Shown here one piece after another: positions 20,101-30,014 of a stretch of DNA of 35,001 bases (positions are counted from its first letter, which is position 1; the number at the start of each line of letters is the position of its first letter). This DNA is from Parvularia atlantis. Its lineage: Eukaryota. Where the stretch lies: positions 1 through 35,001 of the forward strand of contig CALSCO010001040.1 in the NCBI GenBank assembly GCA_943704415.1, read 5' to 3'. The notes beneath the pieces were generated by a model. It did not search any database and was not told the origin of the DNA. It saw nothing but the letters and a program-made list of their open reading frames with translations. The position numbers and the translations under genes are program-made.

Positions 20101-20998
20101 CTTGGGCGCGCCGCTCCCGTCGCCCTCGCCCTCGCCGTCGTCCTTGAAGCCGCCAAAGTTGAGCCGCGACGTCACGTTCTCGCCCAGCTGGCCTGTGTGC
20201 GGGCACCCTGCGCTTCAGCCGGAGCAGGGGAGCCGACCACGGCAGCGGCCGCACCCGAGCGCGTCCCGCCCTCGCCGCCGCCGTCGTCGTCGTCGTCGCC
20301 GTCCACGCCGAGGTCAATCTCGGTGCGGTCAAAGTCGTCGATGTTGGCCAGCGACCGGCCGAGGTGCGTCAGCTCTTCGCCCTCGCCCTCGTCGTCCTCG
20401 AGCGTGAACAGCGACTTGCGCGAGCCCGACCGCTGCGGCGCACGTGTCGTCGGCCGACGGCGCAGCGGCCCGCGACGGCGCCGCGCACCATCCGCTCCTT
20501 GGCGAAGCGCTCGACCATCTTCTCCTCAAGCGAGAGCGTCGGGTCGGTCTCGCCGAAGCGGCGGTCGACAAACTCGGACACGCGCCCGCGCTTCTTGTAC
20601 TCGGGCAGGAGCGTCTCGATACGCTGCGGGAGGCCGCGGTTCAGCTAAGCGCACCCGGCGCGGTGCACTCGCCTTCTCGATCGCGCGCGTCCGCGACTGC
20701 GTCGGGTGGCCCTCGGTGCCCTTGACGCGCCGCCCGACGACGTCGTGCTTGCGCCGCGTCGTCTTGGTCTCGAACGGGCTCGCGACGACCACGGCCGGCC
20801 GCTTGGCGGCGTCGGCTGTGCCGCCGCTGCTGCTGCTGCCAGCGACCCGCTTGCGCCTGGTGCGCCGACTCAGCGGCACGCGCGTGCACACCGCGCCGCC
20901 TCACACCCGCGCGGGCCGAGCACCCCGGCCTCCTTCAGCGTCTCGCGCAGGCGCCGCACGGCGCTGCCGCCGCTCGCCTTGGGCTTGGCCGCGCTCAT
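17105..20998 (-). CDS. NOP14: Nucleolar protein 14 (SSU processome)
   Basis: Contains PFETKTTRRKHDVVGR, TLLPEY....SEFVDRRFGETDPTLSLEEKMVERFAKER, LTHLGRSL, KSKREIMMEVISKSKFYK, RARPTNRLKTPEE, ELPY, FPATDLRHPV and KGAVRELRKDAQFLA. Confidence 0.95.
19131..19228 (-). repeat. Perfect 45-bp tandem duplication in the NOP14 acidic region
   Basis: The unit starting at 19131 is repeated exactly at 19176 and encodes EDDDAEEAEEDDESG twice. Confidence 0.9.
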
Positions 20999-21046
20999 CC
21001 ACTGCAGGCCACGTGGCGAGCCCACACTCACTGTCAGACTTCTCCC

Positions 21047-22855
21047 TCAAGCGGCGGGCGGCTGGATGGCCGCGAGCCGCGGCGCGGCCGTCTCGCCCGC
21101 GAACCACGACTCGGCCGCGTACACGGGCTTGCCGTCGTACGAGTCCGGGTAGAGGTCGCTCTGGAAGACGTAGCCAGAGTGCTGGCGAGTGGCGCGCATG
21201 CGCTCAGGGCGAGTGACGCATCGCGGATGCGCGCGCACCTGGCGCGTGACCTCGAAGCGGATCGGCACAACGCTCGTGCCCTGCAGCTTCAAGAAGCGCG
21301 CGATCTGTTCGGCACAGGCATAAACGCGTGCGCGGCTTAAGCAAACAGCCGCCTCACGCGCAACCGCCCGAGCGCGCACCTCGCACTTCATCACGTCGCA
21401 CGAGCGCTTCGGCAGCATCGCAAAGGCAGACTGCGACGTGCTCGAGCGGTACTCGCCCGACTCCTGCAGCGGCTTGGCGTCGCCCGCGACGTGCTCGAAG
21501 ATGCGCACGTTGCCGTCGCCCTGCCGCCCGGCGCGTATCAGACGCGCGCGTCCCGGCCGCGTGCGCCAGCGCCACCTTGCCCACGAGGTAGATGAGGCCC
21601 AGGTCCGGGTCGTAGAAGTGGAACATGGTCGACGGGATCGAGTCGAGCGTCTGCGAGTACAGGCGCGTCGACAGGTTGCGCGCGTCGAAGATGGCTGCGC
21701 GCCGGCGCCTGTCAGGAGCGGGCAGCCACGCGGCGCACGCCGCGGCCGCGCACCGATCTCGCGGTCGGGCTGCTTCTTGAAGCCCGCGGTGAAGATCTGG
21801 TGCTTGTTGCCCAGCCAGAGCGCGCGGAACGACTTGGCACCCTCGTGCGCGAGCGTCTCCTGCGCACGGCGGCCGAGTGCGTGAGCCACCGCACGCCGCG
21901 CGCCGCCGCGCGCCGAGGCGCACGCACCCCCGCCACCACGCCGCTGCGCGGGTCAACGATGCGCAGCTTCTTGTCGCGGCACGTCGTCGCCATGACCGTG
22001 CCCTCGTAGTTCCAGCTGATCGACACGACCTGCGCGGCGTCCGGGGGCGTCGGCGGTGGCCCGCGAACCCTGTCAAGCCGCGCGCACCTGGTCCTTGTGC
22101 ACCGAGTCGTCCAGCGCGAGGCGCTGCTGGCCGCCCTGGTTGACGTCCCAGAACTTGACCTGCGCGGGGAGCCGTTGAGCACGCACACGGGCACGGGGCA
22201 CGGGACACGAGGCACGGGAGTCGTGCGCACCGTCTTGTCGACGGCGGTCGTCACGAGCACGTTCTCGGCGAGCGGGTGCCACGACGTCGCGAGCATGCGC
22301 TTGTCGTGCGCGCCGCTGATCGTGAGCTCGGGCGCCTGGCCGGCCACGGGGCCGTTCGCGCCGAGCCGCCAAACGTGCACGGACGTCTCACCGCCAGTGG
22401 CGATGACGTTGTCTGGTTGCACGCCGCACGGGGCCGTGAGCAGCGGGCGGGCGGCCGCGTTGCGCGGCGGCGCACCGTCGAACGGGTTGAAGTCGAGGTC
22501 GCTCACGGCCTGCTCCTGCTCGAGCACGGGCGTCTCCTCGGCGAGCGCGCCCACGGACGTCAGCGGCACGATGGCGACGGTGCCGCGCGCGGTCGTCGGG
22601 AAGGCGAACGCATTCTTGGTGGCGCTTTCGACAGGCGGCGAGCTGCGTGTGAGGCGGCCGCGCTGGTCACACGACCTCAACAGCCTACCGCAGTGCGTTG
22701 GCGTCGGCGCTCGGCGGCAGGAAGTTGATCCCGTTGAAGATCTCCTGCGACTTGGCCGGCGTGCCGAACACTGGCCGGGGCTGCGTCAGCGCAGCACGGC
22801 GGGCAGGACGGCGGGCGAGCAGCACGACGGTACCGTTCAGACGAGCGCGCTTCAT
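21047..22855 (-). CDS. Coronin-family WD40 protein
   Basis: Contains VSDLDFNPFDDNVIATGG, SWHPLAENVLVT, SISWNYEGTVMATTCRDKKLRIVDPRSG, AHEGAK, FYDPDLGLIYLVGKGDGNVRIFE, MLPKRSCDVMKCEIARFLKL and FQSDLYPD. Confidence 0.93.
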
Positions 22856-22907
22856 CGTTCCCGAAACTTGCTAGTGCTATTTCCTGATCAACGTGCGCCG
22901 TCGCCGG

Positions 22908-23695
22908 ATGCACGCACAGCTGCTCCACGCGGTGCACGCGCAGCTGCGCGAGCGGGTGCGTCTGGCCCTGCCGTGCCGTGCCGCATGCCGATCTGAAGCG
23001 CGCGCAGAGCGGGACGGCCAACGTGCTGGCGCCGTACACGCCGATGCCGCACGACGTCGTCGAGGCGATGCTTGACTTTGCGGGCGTGCGCGCGGGCGAC
23101 GTGCTGTACGACGTCGGCTGCGGCGACGCGCGGCTGCTGTGCGCGGTGCGGTGCCCCTGTGCGTGCGCAGATCGCTCGCTCACCGTGCGCACGCGCGCAC
23201 AGGCCGTGCAGCGCGGCGCGGCGTCGGCCGTCGGCTGGGACATCGAGCCGGTCGCGATCGCCGACGCACACGCACGCATCGCGCGCCTCGGCCTGGGCGA
23301 CCGCGTGCGCGTTGCGTGCGAGGACGTCTTCACGGCCGCGATCGACTGGTCGGCCGCGTCCGTCGTCGTGCTCTATCTGAGTGTCCAGGGCAACCTGCGC
23401 ATGCGCACGGTCCTGCTCGGTGCGCCGCCACCGCCGCCACCACTCGCTACGCACGGGCCTCAGACGGCCGCCGCCCGCAGAGCACATGCGCCCGGGCACG
23501 CGCATTGTCACCGTGCAGTTTGGCATGGGCCAGCTGCCGCCGACGCGCACGGGCAGCGTCGTGCACCCGGGCCACCACAGCGACTCGGGCTTCATGCCCC
23601 TGTTCCTGTACGAGGTCACGCCCGACATGCCCCGGCTGGACGCCGACGGCGAGATCGTCGCCTCGTCCGACACGTTTTTGCGCTCCGCCGCCTAA
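22908..23695 (+). CDS. Class I SAM-dependent methyltransferase, FAM173/ATPSCKMT-like
   Basis: Contains LAPYTPMPHDVVEAML...GDVLYDVGCGDAR (motif I), GWDIE, ASVVVLYL and PGTRIVT. Three canonical introns. Stop TAA at 23693-23695. Confidence 0.8.
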
Positions 23696-23760
23696 CGATC
23701 TTGACTTGCGTTGTGTACGGTCCCGCTATGCCCGACAGCAGCACACGGCAGGGGCCCCCG

Positions 23761-24827
23761 TCACTGGGTCGGCGGTGCGTCCGAGGCCGCGGCCGAGGCT
23801 CCGGCTGACGCCCCGGCTGAGGCGGCCTCGGCCTCGGCCGCCTTGAGGCGCGCCATCGCACGCCGCACGCGCCGCGGGACGGCGTTGCTCGGGCGCTGCA
23901 GCTCCGGGTCGATGGCCGTGTACTGGTACTCAAACTGCGCCTTCATCATGCGCTTGTCGGCGTCCGAGATGCCCGACTTGCCGCGGCCGTCGCCGTCGCC
24001 GCGCTGCCGGCGCGCGTCCCGCGGCTCGTCGTCCGCGCGCACCATGGGCATCGGCATGGGCGCCAGAGGCGGCACCTCGTACGCGTCGTCGTACTCGTGG
24101 TCGAGCCTGAGCAGGAAGTCCGACGGCTTGTAGACCTTGTTCTCGGTCAGGTCGTTCACGCGGTCGACGCGCGCCGTGTGCGTTCTGTGCGTCGTCATCA
24201 GCGCCCGCGGCCGCCACGTGCAGCGCGAGTGCGCACAGGTCGGCACGGTACTCGAGGTGGTCCATCGTCGTCGTCACGAGTGAGCGGTGCTGCCGCCGGC
24301 GCGCCGTCTGCCGACCGTGTGAGCGCGGCGCGACCAAACAGCGCAAGCGGTGCACCTTTCGGCGCTGGCGCTCGAGCACGCTCTTGCGCTCGTGGCGCGC
24401 ATTCTCGTCGCCCTCGGGCTCGAACGCGTTCGCGGCCTCAAACAGCTTGAAGAACTGCTCCATGTCCCCGTGTGACGGGTGCAGCTCCGTCTGCAGCACC
24501 TTGCGCATTTCGCGGTCGCGGAAGAGCGACGGGTACAGCGTGGCCGCGAGCGAGACGTCGTCGATGATCGTGAGCTGCGGCGCGCGCTCAGCGGGACGGC
24601 GCAACCAGCGGGAAAGAAGGCTGCGGACGCACCACTCGTCCGCCAAAGTGCGTCTGCGGCGCGTCCTCCTCGTCGTCCTCCTCGTCCGGCTCCTGCGGCA
24701 CGACGATCTCGGCCTGGTCCTCGAGCTCGCCCCAGCGGCTGTAGTGGTACGCGCGCGCGCCCGCCGGCCGCGCTGGCCCCGGCGACACGAGCGGCCGCAC
24801 CAGAGAGCGGGCAGCCGTCCGCCACAT
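23761..24827 (-). CDS. Hypothetical protein with a mitochondrial-presequence-like N-terminus (4 exons)
   Basis: MWRTAARSLVRPLVSPGPARPAGARAYH is Arg-rich and lacks acidic residues. Three GT-AG introns join the frames to a stop at 23761. Confidence 0.65.
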
Positions 24828-24940
24828 CTCCGGCGTGAACTGCAGTGCCGCTGCGTTGCGTGTGCCACTTGACGCACAACTGCTGCGTACGCATCGGTCT
24901 GCTTCGAATCGCGCACGCCACACCGCGCCACGCCAACGTT

Positions 24941-26334
24941 TTACACAACCTGGGACACAATGAACGCGATGAGCGCGAGCAAGACGAGCAGCAGCACAAA
25001 GTTCATCACAAATTTGTCGCCCTTCATCACCTGCGCGCGCACGTGCGCGTGTCAGACTGCGCCGCAGCACACTGCGCTGAGCCGCGCACCCCGTCGAGCG
25101 TGTTCTTGAGCGTGCGGTTGATCGAGTTGAGGTGCTCGCCCGTCTTCTCGACCTTGGTCGTGATCTCCTCCACCATCACGTTCTGCATCTCGATCTCCTG
25201 CAGACATGCGGGCACGCGTCAAGCGCCCGTCCGTGCAGCCGCGAGGGCGCGCGCACGTTGCCCATGTCGATCGCGATCTGCTTGAGCTTGCTCACGCCCG
25301 ACGCGATCGCCTCCAGGTCTTCGTCCTGCCGCCCCGCGCGCATCAACACAGGCCGCAGCACGCCGCCGCCGCCGCCGCCGCGCGCACAATCTCCGCGTTC
25401 TTGTCGCGCAGCGCCTGCAGCTCGTCGCGGTAGTCGGTGATGTCCTGCAGGTTGGACGCGGTCGGGTCGTAGCCTGCGCCCGCCCCGGCCGCGGACGAGG
25501 ACCCGCCCCCGCTCGCGTACGTGCTCGCGCGATTCCCTGTGTCCGCGCGCGCGTGTCAACGACCGCATGACACCTGCGACGCCGCGCACCGGCCACGCTG
25601 CTGCTCCCGCCGCCACCCAGCAGCGCCCCGCGGTCGGCAATCATGTTGTCGGTGATGCGCCGCTTCTCCCAGTTCTCGCACTCCTGCAGGTGCTGGTATG
25701 CTGTCGTCGCGTGCATCCGTGTCAGCGCCGCACGACGCTGCTGTGCCGTGCCGTCGCACCGAGCTCAACGATCTCGCCGCGCGACGCCACGGCCTGCTGG
25801 ATCTCGGGCGACTTTTTCTGCGCACGCCGGCACGCGCGTGAGGAGGCCGCGGCGGCCGGTCGCGCGCGACTGACGCACCCTGGCCTTCTTGGCCTCCTTC
25901 TTCTGCAGCGCGCTCAGCTCGTCGATGTCCTCGCGGATGGCCTTGAGCTGCGTGCGGATCTGCTGCGACATCTCGGCCGTGCGCTTGGCGTCGACGTTCT
26001 GCACAAGCAGCTCCTCCCGCTCCTTGAGCACCTGCGCGCGCGGCCCGGCGGTCGGCGGGCTCGTTGCGCGGCGCGCGTGTCAAGGGCGCGCACCTGGCGC
26101 ACGCCCTTGATCTTCTGCGAGACATCGCGCTTGCGCGCCGTGAACTCGTCCAGCGTCTCGTCCTTGACCAGGCGCTTCTTCTCCTCGGGCGCGCACTCGT
26201 CCGCGATCGTCTCGACCTGCGCGCCACGCCACGCCACGCCACGCCACGCGCGCATGCTGGTGATTAGCACCGCGCACGCCCCCACCGCACGCCACGCGCA
26301 CCCTGCGGATGAGCGCGTCCAGCGAGAACCCCAT
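24941..26334 (-). CDS. Qc-SNARE of the SYP7 (SYP71-like) type
   Basis: N-terminus [20 protein letters not shown] motif [54 protein letters not shown], and C-terminal TM helix [20 protein letters not shown]. Confidence 0.8.
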
Positions 26335-26425
26335 CAACGCGCGTGAGGGCCGCTCGGAAGCGCCGCACAACCGGTACAAAAAACTGTTGGTCAACAGAGC
26401 CGTCTGGAATCCACGTGGCCTCGGC

Positions 26426-26439
26426 CTCTTTTCTCCTTC
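26426..26439 (+). promoter_or_regulatory. Oligopyrimidine (TOP/TCT-like) start element of RPS20
   Basis: A CTCTTTTCTCCTTC tract lies about 90 nt upstream of the RPS20 ATG. A possible 5'UTR intron spans 26459-26502 (GTCCGC...GCTCAC...CAG). Confidence 0.45.
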
Positions 26440-26522
26440 GCCGCCGCCGCCGTCAAGCGTCCGCCCGCTCGTCTCGCAACCAGCCGCGCTCACCGCTGGC
26501 AGTGCCCCCCACACACACCGTC

Positions 26523-27061
26523 ATGTCGGCCGCTGTTGCGAACCCCGCCAAGAAGCCCGGCTACGAGGGCGAGACCGACGCCCAGGCCACGCACCGCATC
26601 CGCATTACGCTCTCGAGCCGCAACGTGAAGAACCTCGAGAAGGGTGCGCGCCGCCCGCCCCGCGCCCTCTGGACGCGCCCCCCTCACGCCCGCGCCGCGC
26701 CACGCCGCAGTGTGCGCCGACCTCATCAACCGCGCCAAGGACAAGAAGCTGCGCGTCAAGGGCCCCGTCCGCATGCCGACCAAGGTGCCGTTTCCTTCTT
26801 TCTTCCCCCGCTCTCTTTTCCATTCGCCTCTTTTTTTTGCCCTGCGCTCACACCGCGCCCGCCGCACACTCGCAGGTGCTGCGCATCACCACGCGCAAGA
26901 CGCCCTGCGGTGAGGGCTCAAAGACCTGGGACCGCTTTGAGATGCGCATCCACAAGCGCGTCGTCGACCTGCAGGCGGCCAGCGAGGTCGTCAAGCAGAT
27001 CACGTCGATCTCGATCGAGCCCGGCGTCGAGGTCGAGGTGACCATCGCCGACGCGGCCTAA
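26523..27061 (+). CDS. RPS20: 40S ribosomal protein S20 (uS10)
   Basis: Exons 26523-26643, 26711-26784 and 26876-27061 give [23 protein letters not shown]...[37 protein letters not shown]...[15 protein letters not shown]. Confidence 0.98.
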
Positions 27062-27228
27062 GCAGGCCCTGACGCTCGCGCGAGGTTGGCGCTTCTTTTC
27101 CTCGTTCTCTCTCTGTGCGGTGGCCTGCGGTGGCGTGCAGTGGCGTGCGGTGGCGTGTGACCTCTGTGTCCTGTCGCGTCGCCCGGTGGAAGACGATGAC
27201 ACCACAGCGGTCTGTCTGTCCTTTCTGT

Positions 27229-29950
27229 TCAGGCGTCGCCCGGTGCGGTCGAGATGGCATGCGCTGCGGCCGCGGCCGCGGGTCAGCGACAACGCACGCC
27301 CCACACAGGCGCCACGCACAGCGCAGCGGCAGCGACACGGGCTCGTCGTCGGCCACCGTGACCTCGTGCAGGCGCCGCTTGAAGAGGTACACGATCCGCA
27401 ACTGCTTGGCTTCGCCAATGCACGGGTCGTAGAAGCCGATGAGCATCGCCTTGGACTGCGCGTGAAGGTGCAGCTGCGAGCTGTGCACGAGCGACTGCAG
27501 CGCCACTGTCACGTCGACAACCTTTGGCGACGCTTCGCTCGCCCTGCGCACGAGCATCAGGCCGCACGTCGGCACCTCGCGACGCCACGCACCGCGGCAC
27601 GTCGTCGCCCGACACGTCGAGTCGGCCGTACTGCGCCTCAACGATGACGAGGCCTGCGGTCCGCGCATTTCATTCAGCAGCCCGCATTGCAGAGCACGCA
27701 CGACGACGCCCGCGCACCGTTTTTGTTCGTCTCGGCCTCGACCTTGCGCTCGACGTACTCGCGCATCAGCCGCACACTCTCCTCGGCCTCGCGCCGCCGC
27801 TGCGCCGTCGTCTCGGCGTGCTCGGCCTGCAGCTCCTCCAGCTCGCTGCGCGCGCCCGCTCAGAATCGTCCGCGCTGCGCACACGACCCACACGCACAGC
27901 TGCCGCGCTCGCCGCGCACGTGGGTCCAGCACAAACTTCTTAAGCGCGTACGCCAGCACGCTCGGCACCACCAGGCCCGCGAGGACGGCGGACGTGCTGA
28001 GCTCGGGCGAGAGCGTGATCGGCACAGCAATCGATTGCCCGATCTTGTGCATGGTGAGCCTTTGCGCGCGCCGGCGTCAGTGACCCCGCACATACTGGCC
28101 CGCGCGCACTTGAAGACGACGCTCACGCCCGCGAAGACGTCGCACACAAACATCGCCGACGCGCGCACGTTCGGCGCCACCACGCGGTCCAGCCCCACCT
28201 GCACGCCCACGCGCGGCAGGCCGACCTGGGCGCGGCGTCAAGCACAACGACGCGCTGCAGACCGGCAGCGCACCGTCAGGCCCGCCTTGAACTTGGTGTC
28301 GTCGTCGAGCTTGTACGACGTCGCCACGTCCACCTGGCCCGTTGTCCCGACCAGCTGGGCGCAGCCGCCTGTCAGCCCCGCCGCTCGCCCCAACCGCATC
28401 GCGCACCGACAGCGATGTCCGCACGTGCACGTTGTCCGTGACGTAGAGCGTGCCCACGCCGAGCATGTGCACCGCGTCTGTATGCGCGCCCGGTCGTCGG
28501 CGCCTCGCCGCACGTGCGCGGGGCATGCTACGCACCCAGCGTCGTCACGCACTGCATGAAGCCAACCAGGTTCGAGTACAGCGGGCGCTGCAGCCCGGTC
28601 ACGAGCGACAGGTTGCTGGCGCCGACGGTGTAGTTGAGCGCGCACGAGCCCATCCTGCGCGCCCGCTAAGCCGCCCGGCAGCCGCCCGCGCCCCGCTCAC
28701 GCACGTGTTGTACGGCAACGCCTTGTTCAGCTTGAGGCCGGCGACGGGAGCCTTGTTGCCGACACTGAGCTGGGCCTGCGGGCACCAGCCGGGGTCAGCC
28801 GCGCACCGGTGCCTGTGCGCCAGACGCACCTCGTACGCCAGGCCAGACTGCAGGTAGCTCGCGTACGCTGCTGTGATCTGCCCGCTGCCGAGGCCGTTGC
28901 GCGACGTCATCGTCGTCCCGACGCTCATCGTCTGCCCGGGCGCGAGCGCAAACTGCGGCGCGGTGGAGTGGCCCGTCAGCCCGGCTGATCGTGCTGCTGT
29001 GCTGTGCCCGGCGCGTGCCTGCACGGTCTCGGCCACCTCCATCTTGCTGATGTCGGGCGTGTAGACCGAGAGCAGCTCTGACAGCCCCTGCGACACCTCG
29101 GTCGTCATCCTGCGATGGCGGCCGGCCCGTCAGCGCGTGACACGGGCGCCAGGGGCGCGCGGTGCACGCACGGGAGCCTGATTGCCGTCTGCGCAAACAC
29201 GATGCGCCGCACTCTTCTCGTGGTCGGGTCGAACAGCGGCGTCGCGTCCAGGGCGACCTTGATCGTGCCCTGACACGCCTGCCGCGTGAGCACGCGCGCA
29301 CGTCCGACCGCCCGCCCGCTGCGCGTGCCTTTGTCACGGCCTGCCGGCGCTGCATCTCCTCGTCCATCTGGCGCTTCCTGCGCTCGTACTCGTCGCGGAT
29401 CTGCGACGAGGCAATCGGACGGGCTCAGCGGCGTGCACGCGCACTGCGGCCGCGCGCACGCACCTCGTCCTGCGAGCGCAGCTTCGGCCCAACCTGCCAG
29501 CCCGCGCGCAGCCCCTCGACGCCGTACAGGTCGTAGATGGCGCGCTTGTTCGGGTCGGCCAGCACTGGCGGCCGTTACGCCGCGTGAGCAGCAGCAGCGG
29601 TGGCAGCAGCGGCTACAGTAGCAGCGGCGGCGGCGGCGCACCCTCGTACGCCTCGTTGACCGCGCGGAAGTTGCGCTCGGCGGCCTCCTTGTCGGCCGGG
29701 TTCGTGTGCTTGTCCGGGTGGAACAGCACGCACAGGCGCCGGTACGACACGCGCAGGTCCTCGTCATTGACCTGGCGCGCGGACGGGCGCGCGTTTTGAG
29801 CGGCCGGCGGTGCCGCAGCCCCGCGCCGCGCACGTCACGCGGCACGTTGAGGATCGCGTAGTAGTCGCCGCCGGCCAGCGCCGGGCGGCGCTCGGGCTCG
29901 TCGCGCCGCTCGTGCGCAAAGTCGTCGTCGTCGTCGGCGCCAACGTTCAT
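27229..29950 (-). CDS. DNAJC11: DnaJ homolog subfamily C member 11
   Basis: J-domain DYYAILNV...FHPDKH...AYEVLADPNKRAIYDLYGVEGL, GQSIAVPITLS, and the C-terminal DUF3395 pattern VDVTVALQSLV...SKAMLIGFYDPCIGEAKQLRIVYLF..RLHEV. Confidence 0.93.
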
Positions 29951-30014
29951 GGCGCGGCCACGGTGCTTGTCTGGTCCAAGGAGACACACAACAGACATGC
30001 CCGCGATGCGCGAC

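Noticed and set aside
26223..26248. (GCCAC)n pentamer repeat, also near 1225-1241, as a CRISPR or mobile element
   Set aside because: It is a simple intronic microsatellite with no spacers, terminal repeats or transposase.
26785..26875. Intronic snoRNA in RPS20
   Set aside because: No RUGAUGA/CUGA boxes, and too short and unstructured for an H/ACA RNA.
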